NCBI GenBank assembly: GCA_965248435.1
Contig: OZ252100.1
Span: 1,824,001 to 1,888,000 of the forward strand
Reading direction: 5' to 3'
Length of the DNA: 64,000 nt
Source of the DNA: Candidatus Latescibacterota bacterium
GTDB lineage: Bacteria; Latescibacterota; UBA2968; GCA-2709665
Position numbers and translations under genes: made by a program. The stretch's first letter is position 1, and each line of letters starts with the position of its first letter. Of the stretch, positions 41,524 through 51,434 are shown piece by piece. The notes under the pieces are model-generated. The model ran no database searches and was not told where the DNA came from. It saw nothing but the letters and a program-made list of their open reading frames with translations.

Positions 41524-42429
41524 CTACATTACAAGCCTGTCCACAATTATGGCACACCATAGCGCGGGGAGATATACAAGCGTCGCTCGCATCAGGTACC
41601 TGGCACGTCGATCCGTCCGCTCCTTGAAGAAGTTGAAGCCAACGTAGAATAGGCCCAGGCCAAGCAAAATAGAGACAATTCCGTAGATCCACCCGCTTAT
41701 GCCGAGAAAAACAGGCACAACGCCGAGCGGTAGAAGCAGCAGGCTGTAGAACAGTATCCGTGCCGACGTCCGACTTCCCTCAAGATCTTCTACAGGCAGC
41801 ATTCTATGCCCACCTCGCGCATAATCCTCACGGTAGATCCAGGCAATGGACAGAAAATGGGGGAACTGCCACGTAAACATGATGGCAAACAGGACCCAGG
41901 CAGCCAGAGGAATCTCCCCTTGTGCGGCGGCCCATCCCCCGACCGGCGGGAGCGCCCCCGCGACGGCCCCGACAGCCGTATTCTGGACTGTCTTGGTCTT
42001 GAGTGGCGTGTAAACGAAGAGGTAGATCCCCCACGTCAACGCGGCCAGAAAACTGGCCAGCCAGTTGACCACGAGTCCCATATAGAGGATGCCGCAGGCG
42101 GAGACGAACAGGCCGAACAGATTGGCCTCCGTGGCCTTCAGCCGACCCGTGGGCAAAGGCCGGTTCTCGGTTCGTTTCATCCGGGCATCGAGGTCTCGTT
42201 CGAGGGATTGGTTCAGGGCCCCAGACCCGCCGGCAACCAGCAACGTGGCCAAGAGCACGTGAAGCATCGTGACCATCTGGGTTTCCGGCCAAGACCCCAG
42301 AACGAAACCCACGCAGGTGCTCAATGCAACAAACAGCGAGATCCTGGGCTTGGTTAGAATCGCGTAATCCCAGACTTTCGCCCAGTTGATCGAAGGGTAA
42401 TTTTTTTCAACGCCAACGCCGGGTTTCAT
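41524..42429 (-). CDS. ctaB: Heme o synthase (protoheme IX farnesyltransferase)
   Basis: LTKPRI, N...ERD.D..M.RT..RPLP.G, YT.LK, WQFPHF, EDY. Confidence 0.95.
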   Translation of the reverse strand: MKPGVGVEKNYPSINWAKVWDYAILTKPRISLFVALSTCVGFVLGSWPETQMVTMLHVLLATLLVAGGSGALNQSLERDLDARMKRTENRPLPTGRLKATEANLFGLFVSACGILYMGLVVNWLASFLAALTWGIYLFVYTPLKTKTVQNTAVGAVAGALPPVGGWAAAQGEIPLAAWVLFAIMFTWQFPHFLSIAWIYREDYARGGHRMLPVEDLEGSRTSARILFYSLLLLPLGVVPVFLGISGWIYGIVSILLGLGLFYVGFNFFKERTDRRARYLMRATLVYLPALWCAIIVDRLVM

Positions 42430-43433
42430 GGGCCCTCCGTGACCAGGCCAACGCCTTCCTGCAGCCCGGCGGCCTTTTCAAACACAGAGACTCGCCAGCT
42501 CCACAGCGTCAGAACCAGACTGGATGCCAGCACGGCAGCACCGATCACGACGTGGAGCGTAGAAACGACGATCCCTTTTTCTGTCCAAATGACCATCGCA
42601 CCCATCACGATCTGAAGAGGAATTAACCCAAGCATAACGACGGCCGGGTAGACCAACTCCTTCCTATTTGCGTGCATCCTTAAAACTCGGACGACCGCCC
42701 ACACGACCGACGCCGAGACGACGAGCGCCCAGACTCTGTGAGCGAAGTGGATCCCAACGCGCAAGCGTAGGGTCTCGGAAGAAATCGGAAAAGGGGCACC
42801 GGCATCTGCTTCCAAGTCCATAATAGGCGGTACCAGTTGGCCGAAGGCGAGTGGAAAGTCGGGAATTGCCAGGCCTGCTTCGGTGTGGCGCATCCATGAA
42901 CCCAGGAAGAGCTGAAGGTAGACGGCCAGCGTCGCAAATAGAGCGATGTGCCGGAAGGGAACCCTTCGGGAATCTTCCAGGGGGCTGGCCGACGCTCGCC
43001 ATACCGGAGAAGTGAAAAGCGCCATCCCGACAACGAGACAGAAAAAGGTCTGAGCCAGAAGCGCGTGCCCGATCGACAAAGCGGTAGGCAAGAGGTAGAG
43101 TACAGTCAGCCCGCCCAGCAGCCCTTGCAACACGACCGCGCCCAGCGCCGCTAAGCTGACATAACGGACCCAGCTTCTCCCGTCCCGCCTGCATACCCAA
43201 ACCGCCAGAACGATCGTCAATAAACCCACGAACGTGGCCACCATACGGTGTCCGTGCTCGTAGAAGATTCCGCCGACCATCGGCGGGAAGATCATGCCGT
43301 ATGAGAGCGGCCAGTCGGGTACGGCCAACCCTGAACCCGTGCTGGTGACAAGCCCTCCCGAAAAAATCAAAAACAGCGTCGCTCCTGCGGTAAACACCGA
43401 AAATCGATGCAGCCAGGGATCGCCGCGTGACAT
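42426..43433 (-). CDS. ctaA: Heme A synthase (COX15/CtaA)
   Basis: GG.VTSTGSGLA.PDWP, EHGHR, HFAHR His motifs. Confidence 0.9.
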   Translation of the reverse strand: MSRGDPWLHRFSVFTAGATLFLIFSGGLVTSTGSGLAVPDWPLSYGMIFPPMVGGIFYEHGHRMVATFVGLLTIVLAVWVCRRDGRSWVRYVSLAALGAVVLQGLLGGLTVLYLLPTALSIGHALLAQTFFCLVVGMALFTSPVWRASASPLEDSRRVPFRHIALFATLAVYLQLFLGSWMRHTEAGLAIPDFPLAFGQLVPPIMDLEADAGAPFPISSETLRLRVGIHFAHRVWALVVSASVVWAVVRVLRMHANRKELVYPAVVMLGLIPLQIVMGAMVIWTEKGIVVSTLHVVIGAAVLASSLVLTLWSWRVSVFEKAAGLQEGVGLVTEGP

Positions 43434-43473
43434 CGGATTGTCCCTTCCAGAACGTCCCTCCACCACACCCGCG

Positions 43474-43794
43474 CTAAGCCTCCGAACCCGCGGTGACGAA
43501 ACTCCCATTGACTGCAGGCAATTCAGCCCGAACGGGGCCGTCCAGGGCCTGCCTGGCGAGCAAGCCTCGGTTGTAGAGGCGCGCCCTTCGCATCCAGAAC
43601 AACATCACAGATACAATCCCTCCAAGAACGCTGACGATGATCCCTAGAAGAATGAGAATGCCCGCGTTGGCACCCTTGACCATATCTGAATTGGGATCGC
43701 CGAAGCAGACGGCACACGCCAGAAGGCATTCCGGGCGAACCAGGATCATAGCAAGGGCCAGGGAGACAAGCGCGAAACGGCGCAGCCGACTCAT
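43474..43794 (-). CDS. Small exported/membrane protein with CxxC (ACAVCFG)
   Basis: Signal peptide then CAVC and one TM helix; ATGA overlap within oxidase operon. Confidence 0.7.
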   Translation of the reverse strand: MSRLRRFALVSLALAMILVRPECLLACAVCFGDPNSDMVKGANAGILILLGIIVSVLGGIVSVMLFWMRRARLYNRGLLARQALDGPVRAELPAVNGSFVTAGSEA

Positions 43795-44000
43795 AGATAG
43801 CTTAACCTTTTGAGCTTTTTTAAGAACCAGATACCGTAACATACCAGCACAATGCATCCCGCAAACGCCGCCACCCCCATTGCCAGATTCATCCCATCTC
43901 CCGATACAGAATAGGCCTGAACCGCCCAGATCCCGAAGCCGAGACAACACAGGATGGAGACCGCGATGAAGAAGACGTGGAAAGCTTTGAGAGACATCAC
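43791..44000 (-). CDS. Small 2-TM membrane protein (MSLKAFH...)
   Basis: Two hydrophobic helices, basic C-terminus; tight operon packing. Confidence 0.7.
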   Translation of the reverse strand: MMSLKAFHVFFIAVSILCCLGFGIWAVQAYSVSGDGMNLAMGVAAFAGCIVLVCYGIWFLKKLKRLSYL

Positions 44001-44012
44001 GAATTCCGATCC

Positions 44013-44312
44013 TTAAAAGACCGACTCCGTAACCGTAAGCACCGGAAGCAACATCAGCACGATAAAAAAGACCACCGTAAGCGCTAGCACCCAGAAGATG
44101 ATCTGCTTCTCAGACACCAGGTGCATAAAGTAGCCGGCCACGAGAGAGCCCTTGATGGTAGCGATAAACAGGGCGATCAGAATGGTCATTGCTACGGATC
44201 GAATGTGGAGGTAGGAAACCCCAACGGTCACGACAGTCAGCACAGACAGCGCGGCAAAGACAATCAAGTAGACCTTTACGTGCTTTCTGACCTCTTCGGC
44301 GCTATGAGCCAT
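44013..44312 (-). CDS. Cytochrome c oxidase subunit IV
   Basis: Y..VF.AL..LT..TV, IA.IK..LV..YFMHL. Confidence 0.88.
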   Translation of the reverse strand: MAHSAEEVRKHVKVYLIVFAALSVLTVVTVGVSYLHIRSVAMTILIALFIATIKGSLVAGYFMHLVSEKQIIFWVLALTVVFFIVLMLLPVLTVTESVF

Positions 44313-44322
44313 TGCAAACTCC

Positions 44323-44919
44323 TTACAGGAGATAGAGGATCGGGAAGAGAAATATCCATACCAGATCCACAAAGTGCCAGTAGAGTCCGGCGCACTCGAT
44401 CCGGTTCGTAAACCCTTCGGAATCCGTCTTCCACATCGCACTTCCGGGGAAGAGCAGGTAGAGATTCACGACAATCCCACCAATCACGTGCAGCCCGTGA
44501 AGCCCGGTCATCGTAAAGTAGGTCGCATAAAAATTGCTGGTAGATGGAGAGATGCCCAGATGGAATTTGTGTGTGTACTCGAAATATTTTATGACCAGAA
44601 AGACGAACGCCAGAAGGATCGTCAATCCGAGATACAGCTGGAACTTGCCGAAATTATCCATCTTCAGCGAGGCCCACGCCATCACCATCGTCACGCTCGA
44701 GGCAATGAGAACGAACGTATTGAGCGTCGCCAGCGGTACATTCAGCAGCTCCCAACCGTGCGGCCACGTTTGGGCCCCCACACGGAGCAGCACCAGCGTT
44801 GAAAAAAGCGCCCCGAACAGCATGACTTCCGATGCCAGGAAGAGCCAGATCCCCAGCTTCCCGTTGTAGACTCCGGTGATGGGATGAGGCTCTACTCGAT
44901 ATGGAATCTCAACTGACAC
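44323..44919 (-). CDS. ctaE: Cytochrome c oxidase subunit III
   Basis: GIWLFLASEVMLFG, NT..LI.SS, TGLHGLHV, YWHFVDLVW. Confidence 0.93.
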   Translation of the reverse strand: MSVEIPYRVEPHPITGVYNGKLGIWLFLASEVMLFGALFSTLVLLRVGAQTWPHGWELLNVPLATLNTFVLIASSVTMVMAWASLKMDNFGKFQLYLGLTILLAFVFLVIKYFEYTHKFHLGISPSTSNFYATYFTMTGLHGLHVIGGIVVNLYLLFPGSAMWKTDSEGFTNRIECAGLYWHFVDLVWIFLFPILYLL

Positions 44920-44947
44920 GATCGAAACCTCCCAGCTGATTGCGCGA

Positions 44948-46741
44948 CTAGTCGCCTGGTGTCGGTTGCGGTTGAGGCCGTGCTGCGCCGGCAGCACCAT
45001 CCTCGGGAGCGTGCTGCGGCCAGTAATCCTCAGACCGTCCCGGTACGCTGTATTCGTATGGGCCACGATAGACCGAAGGGATTTCGAGGAAGTTGCCGTG
45101 AGGCGGCGGTGTGGGCGTCGCCCACTCCAGCGTAGTCGCCTCCCACGGATTATCCGACGTCACCTTCTCACCCTTCTTCATGCTCCAGATAAAGTTCACG
45201 ATAAAGAAAATCTGTGCAAGCGCCAGCAGCCACGCCGACCAGGAGCTCATTACCGTAAGACCTTGAACCTGCTCACCATAGGCGTACTGAGTCTGGTCGT
45301 AAAGCCGCCTGGAGACACCGGCCATCCCCACGAAAAGCATCGGGAAAAAGACACCGTTCATAAAAACCAGGGAGAACCAGAAGTGGAGCTTGCCCAGCGT
45401 CGTATTCATCATCCGCCCTGTAGCCTTCGGGAACCAGAAATAGATCCCCGCGAACATGGCAAAGATCGTACCGGGCGCCACTACGTAGTGGAAATGACTG
45501 ATCACATAGTAGGTGTCGTGCAGGTGGAGATCCGCAGTTGTGAGCCCCAGCGGAAGTCCGGTCAGCCCGCCGATGGCGAACATCGGAATAAACGCCAGTG
45601 CGAACAGCATCGGGACCGTAAACCGGATCGACGCTCCGTGCAGGCTCAGCGCCAGCGCGGTGAGGATGACAACCGAAGGAATCGAGATGATCATCGTCGT
45701 AGTCTGGAAGAAATTGCTCATCACCGTACCCATCCCCGTCATAAACATATGATGGGCCCACACGACGAAAGACATAAATCCGAGGAAGATCAAAGAATAG
45801 ACCATCGTGCGATAGCCCCAGAGTGGCCTGCGGGTGTTGTTGACCAGGACCTCGGACACGATGCCCATCGCGGGGAGAATCAGAACGTAGACCTCGGGGT
45901 GGGCCAGAAACCAGAAGAGATGCTGCCAGAGCAACGGGCTGCCTCCGCCGCTCACTTCGAGGACCTGTCCGGTGACCACGAGTCCACTGGGCAGGAAAAA
46001 GCTCGTACCGGCCAAACGGTCCATCAGCTGCAGGACGCCGGCCGCCTCAAGTGGTGGGAACGCCAGCAGGAGCAGGAATGAAGTCACGAACTGGGCCCAC
46101 ACGAAAAACGGCAGCCTGAAAAAAGACAGCCCCTCTGCCCTCATCTGGATCGTCGTCACGATAAAGTTGAGCGAACCTAGAAGCGAAGAGGTGATCAGAA
46201 AGATCATTCCCCAGAGCCACATCGTCTGCCCCATCGGCGCGATAACAGCAAGCGGCGCGTAGGACGTCCACCCGGATTGGGCCGCCCCCCCGGGCACGAA
46301 AAAACTGACGAGCATAACTACGCCACCAACAACGAAAGCCCAGTAACTCGCCATGTTGATCTTGGGAAACGCCATGTCCGGGGCCCCGATCTGGAGCGGC
46401 AGGACATAGTTTCCGAAACCACCCACTGCCAGCGGAACGACCCCCATGAAGACCATAATCGTCCCGTGCATCGCCCCGAGCTGGTTGTAGAACTCCGGCA
46501 CCATCACCCCTTCCGGCATGTTGGCCTCACCAAGCCACGCACCGATCAACGGAAGCGCCTCGCCAGGATAGGCCAGCTGCCAGCGCATCATCATCATCAG
46601 ACAGAACCCGAAAAAGAGAAAGATCAGCGCAGTCAGGGCGTACTGGATCCCGATCGTCTTATGATCGGTGGAAAAGATGTATTTCTGCCAGACCCCCAGC
46701 TCCACGTGAGCGTGTTCTCCGTGCTCTGCGTGCTCACTCAT
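44948..46741 (-). CDS. ctaD: Cytochrome c oxidase subunit I (A1-type heme-copper oxidase)
   Basis: TDHK.IG, HG.IM, DMAFP..N, WF.AHPEVY, WAHHM, HDTY...HFHY. Confidence 0.97.
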   Translation of the reverse strand: MSEHAEHGEHAHVELGVWQKYIFSTDHKTIGIQYALTALIFLFFGFCLMMMMRWQLAYPGEALPLIGAWLGEANMPEGVMVPEFYNQLGAMHGTIMVFMGVVPLAVGGFGNYVLPLQIGAPDMAFPKINMASYWAFVVGGVVMLVSFFVPGGAAQSGWTSYAPLAVIAPMGQTMWLWGMIFLITSSLLGSLNFIVTTIQMRAEGLSFFRLPFFVWAQFVTSFLLLLAFPPLEAAGVLQLMDRLAGTSFFLPSGLVVTGQVLEVSGGGSPLLWQHLFWFLAHPEVYVLILPAMGIVSEVLVNNTRRPLWGYRTMVYSLIFLGFMSFVVWAHHMFMTGMGTVMSNFFQTTTMIISIPSVVILTALALSLHGASIRFTVPMLFALAFIPMFAIGGLTGLPLGLTTADLHLHDTYYVISHFHYVVAPGTIFAMFAGIYFWFPKATGRMMNTTLGKLHFWFSLVFMNGVFFPMLFVGMAGVSRRLYDQTQYAYGEQVQGLTVMSSWSAWLLALAQIFFIVNFIWSMKKGEKVTSDNPWEATTLEWATPTPPPHGNFLEIPSVYRGPYEYSVPGRSEDYWPQHAPEDGAAGAARPQPQPTPGD

Positions 46742-46751
46742 ACGAATCCCC

Positions 46752-47522
46752 TTAGAATGAAAATTCGTCCTCTTCCTCTGCCTCAGCCTGCTGGGCTTCC
46801 AGCCAGGCTTCGAACGCCTCTGGCGTTTCGATCGTCAACTGGCCGCGCATTCGAAAATGACCGAGCCCGCAGAGTTGGGCGCACGCGATATCGAACTTGC
46901 CCGTCCGCGTCGCCTCGAACCAGATCTTGATCTCCTGCCCCGGAATGACATCCTGCGTCAACCGCATCACCGGAATCTTGAAACTGTGGATCACATCCTT
47001 GCTAGAGAGACGAACAACAACCGGTTTGTTGGGTACGATATGCAGGTTGTTGATCGAATTAAAATCGTCCTGCCCGTTCGGGTCGTCCGGGTCCAGCCCC
47101 AACAGATTGTCGCTGGTCACAAGCTCCGGGGCCGTTCTGCCGAAGATTCCATCCCTACCCGCGTAATGGACGTTCCATGCAAACTGCTCGCTCACGACCC
47201 GAACGACCTGAGCCTCCGACTGGGACGGGAAATGGTGCTTGAAAGCCGACCACGCGGGGATCGAAATCCCGATCAGGAGGACCGCCTCCACAACCACGAC
47301 GGCGATCTCCACATACTTGGACGTCTTTCCCTTGACTGGATCATAGGTCGCTCGGGGGTTGGCACCCTCCCGAAAGCGGACTAAGCAATAGAAAAAATAG
47401 ATCCCCCAACCGACGAACAGCGCGATCATGAACCAGTGTATCCAGTTGATCAGGAAGTCGACGACGTGCCCGTGGGTCGAGACATCGATTGGGAGCCAGT
47501 ATCCATATACCTTTTCTTCCAT
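46752..47522 (-). CDS. ctaC: Cytochrome c oxidase subunit II (CuA, no fused heme c)
   Basis: DVIHSF, CAQLCGLGH..M CuA motif. Confidence 0.95.
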   Translation of the reverse strand: MEEKVYGYWLPIDVSTHGHVVDFLINWIHWFMIALFVGWGIYFFYCLVRFREGANPRATYDPVKGKTSKYVEIAVVVVEAVLLIGISIPAWSAFKHHFPSQSEAQVVRVVSEQFAWNVHYAGRDGIFGRTAPELVTSDNLLGLDPDDPNGQDDFNSINNLHIVPNKPVVVRLSSKDVIHSFKIPVMRLTQDVIPGQEIKIWFEATRTGKFDIACAQLCGLGHFRMRGQLTIETPEAFEAWLEAQQAEAEEEDEFSF

Positions 47523-47576
47523 CAAGATTCCTCCCGGCGTCGGTGATTATCCAACGCTATCGCGACGGAGTTTAAG

Positions 47577-48320
47577 CTACGATTTCTTTTTCTTGGGTAT
47601 TTTGAACGTAAAATCGACGGCTGCAGCCTCTCCGTCCTTTATGGACACTTCCTGGGTCTGGGAACCCAGTCTCTCGTGCCAGGCCTCCACGGTGTAGGTC
47701 CCCGCGGGCAGTCCCTTCAATTCAAACGCCCCTCCGTCTCCAGTCACGGCAAAGAAGGGGTGATCCATCACGCCGACGTAGCTCTGCATCCAGGGATGAA
47801 CGTCGCATTTGACGGGAATCATCACCTCGGCCTTGTCAAAGGTCTTGGTCTTCACCTTCAAGAATTTCGGCATGGCCATATTGAACTCGGTATTGACCTT
47901 CGGTTTGGGATGGATGTTGTGAAGCGTCCCGTCATTGTTCAGAATCTTGATCGGCTGGCCCGCCCTGACGCCAAGTACGTGGGGCTTATACATGCACCCG
48001 TTCTGATCCAGAACCACCGGTTCGGCTGGAACGTCGAATTTCTTGCCCTCTAACCCCGCCTTGACATACACAAATACATTTCTCAACGTCCCGTCGTCGT
48101 TTACGACAACCACCTCACTGCGGGCCGGCGCATCGGCGGAATGCTTGCCCGCGCACACGGGGTCCGCAGCCATCTGTAGTTTCTTACGTCCGGGCTTCTT
48201 ACCCCCCGGCAGATCCAGACTCACTTTTCCCGTTACAGCAGCACTCCCCGCGAATGCCCTTCCCGAAGACAGGCAAACCAAAGTGAACGCGACAAACAAG
48301 ACATAACTCAAGAACCTCAT
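47577..48320 (-). CDS. Exported protein with cupredoxin-like core in carboxypeptidase-regulatory-like domain
   Basis: Signal peptide; DQ.GC.Y.PHV, HNIH, KCDVHPWM (His...Cys-x2-His-x2-Met type-1 Cu-like ligands); GLPAGTYTV.AWH. Confidence 0.75.
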   Translation of the reverse strand: MRFLSYVLFVAFTLVCLSSGRAFAGSAAVTGKVSLDLPGGKKPGRKKLQMAADPVCAGKHSADAPARSEVVVVNDDGTLRNVFVYVKAGLEGKKFDVPAEPVVLDQNGCMYKPHVLGVRAGQPIKILNNDGTLHNIHPKPKVNTEFNMAMPKFLKVKTKTFDKAEVMIPVKCDVHPWMQSYVGVMDHPFFAVTGDGGAFELKGLPAGTYTVEAWHERLGSQTQEVSIKDGEAAAVDFTFKIPKKKKS

Positions 48321-48359
48321 GTTATCCTCCTTTTAAGGGCCGTACCCCTATCCACCACC

Positions 48360-51300
48360 TTATCGTTGACTCAGCCTTCTGTCCTGATGCAGACCGAAGA
48401 AAATATAGTCTGTCAGGGTCTGAATGACGCTCTTACTGGGTAGGATCATGATCCCGTCTTCCGGCACCGTCCCCTCAGGAAGGGTCAGATAGCGGGTCAG
48501 ATTGATCCCGTCTGCCCGTTCGGGTAGATACGTCATCTCGTCCCCGAAGAACGTAGGCATCTTGGTTCCGGGCTGGATCTTCTGAGGATCCCAGAGCCAG
48601 GACCTGATCCAATCCGGTTTCAGACGTTCTTTTGCCATCGTCAGGTCTGGCGCCCAACTGGCCGGATCCCCCTTGGGTTTGATTTCTCCCTGCTGATGGC
48701 ACGTCCAGCAGTTGTAGATCTCTTCGCTGAACAGCGCCTTTGCCGCTCGTAGATCCCTTCGCGTCAGGCGCGTTTCCACGAGCGAATGATACGGGAATTG
48801 CTGCTTGTCGAGTCGCGAAAAATAGGTGACGAGGTCGATGGCTTCCTGATCATCAAACCCGAACGTCGGCATGCGGACGTCCAGCCACGGCCTGATCGGA
48901 ATCGGTTCCTTCAGAAATTCGAAGAACCAGTCGGGTTGGACCTTCTGGCCCTCCCCATTGAGCACCGGCGGTGTGAATCCTACCGCCTCTGACTCAGAAA
49001 CGCCATCCTCCACATAGGCGCCAACCAGAACATCGCCGATCGCCCTCCCCTCATCCTCTATAATGTGGCATCCCTTGCAGTTGCGCTCGTAAACCAGACG
49101 GCGTCCCTTTTCGATTTCAATTTCGGAGGGCGCGAGGTCTTTCTTCGCGGTTGGCGAAACGTAGGACCTGCTGAAGCTCAACAGCGCTGTCGTGACGGCC
49201 CGTGCATCGCTATCGCTCAGACCAAAGTGAGGCATACGAAGCTTCTCGTCAAACCGCTTCACCTTGCCTTCATCAAACACCCTAGGTTGTTTCAGCTTCG
49301 TAAATAACCAGTCGTGACGGGTGTGCGGAATGTTCAGCGGGTTTAGAGCAAAGTCGAGCTTGTCTACGTCTTTGCTCCCTTCCTCCGTTAGCTCCGTCCC
49401 GATACGCTGAATATCTTCGAAACCCGAGATCATATGGCAGCCAAAGCACCCCTGTCGGGCGATCATCTTTTCGCCCAACCAGACGTCCCGCTCGAGATCG
49501 GACATCGCATCCAACTTCGCTGCCGCTTGAGCGATGGGAAACCTGCTCTCGAGACCCTCCAGGACGACCTTGTCTCTCAGGTCGAGATCCACCTCAGCTG
49601 GCCGGCGCATTTCGAAGTCGCGGTTACGGAGGGTCATCAGGTAAGCCGTGATGTCGGAGGCCTCCTGGTCGGTTAGACGGAGATCAGGCATCAGCGTTTC
49701 TGGAAAGTATGCCTCCGGATCCTTCAGCCACGCATACAGCCATCCTGCGGATACTTTGCCTCCGACGCCACTCAGATTTGGGCCAAAGTTTCGCAGGCCA
49801 TACGTCTGTTCCAGGTCATCTCCCCTCCCAAGAACGTGACATCCTCTGCACCCGACCCGGGCAGCCAGAGCCTCTCCCCGATTCGCATCTCCTTTCACAG
49901 GTGGATCGGGGTAGTCTTGTTCCCCAGAGTTTTCAAACAGATAGGTCACGATCCCGTTGATCACGGCAGTATTTCGAGCGATATCCTCGGCGGAACTGAC
50001 ATTCGGCAAATCGAACAGCTTGGGCATCTTTGTCGATGGGCGGAACCCCTTGGGATCCCGAACCCAGTTCAGGGTCCACTCCCTTTGCAGCTTGGCGGCG
50101 GCCTTTCTCAGGTCCGGACCCACTTTCCGAAGATCCTCGTAACCGGCGATTTTGTGACATCCGTGGCACCCGAGTGTCTTGATCAGGTGTAGACCCCGGT
50201 TGAGCCTCTCGGCCTTTGGGACCTCCACCACACCGGAATGGCACTGAGCACAAGTAGATTCGACGTAGTGACTGGGCAGCATCGGATAGTCCCAGTAGTG
50301 CTTCTCGTGCCAGCCGTAGAGCTCGCGCCATCGCTCGGCCTCCGATTCATCCGAGGGGGTATGAGCCGCGTTGACAAAAGTAATCCCCCGATCTCGCCCC
50401 AAGTGGCAGGTCGTACAACCCACCTTATCGATCGGATGGGGTGACGCGCTCCCCAGATACAGGTCCATTTGAGGGTGCGTGGCCAAGACCTGCGCGCGCC
50501 CATTTCGCTCCGCCTCCGGATAAACATCCTCCACATATTTTCTGAGGACTTCATCTTGGAACAATCCCGTCTCCGGATCGACCTCATAACCTGCCCGATC
50601 GATGTTCACGTGACAGGTATTGCACCGGTCAACCTTAGGTACCTGGACGAAATTGATATCGTTCTTCAGCTCACCCAACACGATCTGCCGAACCTTGATC
50701 GATGGATCGATGAAATCGACCATCGGCATGTTTCTGAACATGTTGGGAAAACTGGGAACAATGTCCGAAAGATTCCGGCGCAGGAGCTCAGCGCTTCGAA
50801 ACAGGGCTGTGTTCTGTTTCTCAAGCTCATCTTTTCGGCCGGCCACCTCGTCGACGATCTGCTGCTCCGCCGCCTGCCTGGCCTCAACCGCTTCCTTGAC
50901 CCTTCGGAATGAGCCCATCCGGTCTTCCATTTCAGCTAGTTTTGTTTCCTTCTCCTTGGCCTCGTGTTCTTTTCCTTTGCGCGCACTTTCCTCGTACTCG
51001 TACTTTACCACGTCGTAGTGCGCCTTTTCAAACCTGAGATCCTGATCCGCTTTATACCACACTCCCTCGAGGTCTCCCAACGCAGCGAGGGCGGCTTCGT
51101 AACGGTCCTTCTGTGTCTCGATGGAGGCCTCTACTTCGACGATTTCAGCGGCTATCCTTTTCAATTGATCTGCATCCACATCGCGTTGCGCAGATGCCAG
51201 TTCTGTTTCGACTTTGTGTTGCTCGAGTGCCATCGCTTCTCGCTGGATCCCCTTCCACTCCCGATCATAATCGTCCCAGATCATCCACACCATGCAAACA

Positions 51301-51398
51301 GCGAGCGCGACACTGGACAGGGCAAAGATGGCGTTAAGCGTGTTCAGATTGTAGACAAAATCTAAAAACCCTTGTGGTTTCTGCTCGTTCATCAACAC
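48360..51398 (-). CDS. Membrane-anchored octaheme cytochrome c with coiled coil
   Basis: Eight CxxCH: CNTCH, CTTCH, CAQCH, CHGCH, CRGCH, CFGCH, CKGCH, CWTCH; N-terminal TM helix and long coiled coil; repeated P...MP motifs. Confidence 0.92.
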   Translation of the reverse strand: MLMNEQKPQGFLDFVYNLNTLNAIFALSSVALAVCMVWMIWDDYDREWKGIQREAMALEQHKVETELASAQRDVDADQLKRIAAEIVEVEASIETQKDRYEAALAALGDLEGVWYKADQDLRFEKAHYDVVKYEYEESARKGKEHEAKEKETKLAEMEDRMGSFRRVKEAVEARQAAEQQIVDEVAGRKDELEKQNTALFRSAELLRRNLSDIVPSFPNMFRNMPMVDFIDPSIKVRQIVLGELKNDINFVQVPKVDRCNTCHVNIDRAGYEVDPETGLFQDEVLRKYVEDVYPEAERNGRAQVLATHPQMDLYLGSASPHPIDKVGCTTCHLGRDRGITFVNAAHTPSDESEAERWRELYGWHEKHYWDYPMLPSHYVESTCAQCHSGVVEVPKAERLNRGLHLIKTLGCHGCHKIAGYEDLRKVGPDLRKAAAKLQREWTLNWVRDPKGFRPSTKMPKLFDLPNVSSAEDIARNTAVINGIVTYLFENSGEQDYPDPPVKGDANRGEALAARVGCRGCHVLGRGDDLEQTYGLRNFGPNLSGVGGKVSAGWLYAWLKDPEAYFPETLMPDLRLTDQEASDITAYLMTLRNRDFEMRRPAEVDLDLRDKVVLEGLESRFPIAQAAAKLDAMSDLERDVWLGEKMIARQGCFGCHMISGFEDIQRIGTELTEEGSKDVDKLDFALNPLNIPHTRHDWLFTKLKQPRVFDEGKVKRFDEKLRMPHFGLSDSDARAVTTALLSFSRSYVSPTAKKDLAPSEIEIEKGRRLVYERNCKGCHIIEDEGRAIGDVLVGAYVEDGVSESEAVGFTPPVLNGEGQKVQPDWFFEFLKEPIPIRPWLDVRMPTFGFDDQEAIDLVTYFSRLDKQQFPYHSLVETRLTRRDLRAAKALFSEEIYNCWTCHQQGEIKPKGDPASWAPDLTMAKERLKPDWIRSWLWDPQKIQPGTKMPTFFGDEMTYLPERADGINLTRYLTLPEGTVPEDGIMILPSKSVIQTLTDYIFFGLHQDRRLSQR

Positions 51399-51434
51399 GC
51401 CTTTCCAGTTTTCGACGAACCTGGAATCCTGGGT

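Noticed and set aside
44966-46081. Long antisense ORFs opposite cox subunit I (and similar shadows opposite other genes)
   Set aside because: Expected shadow frames of GC-rich coding sequence.
48360-51398. Octaheme protein as HAO/OTR or magnetochrome protein
   Set aside because: Heme spacing and repeated P..MP class-I-like domains, plus position after cytochrome b, fit a bc-associated cytochrome; no PDZ/magnetochrome layout.
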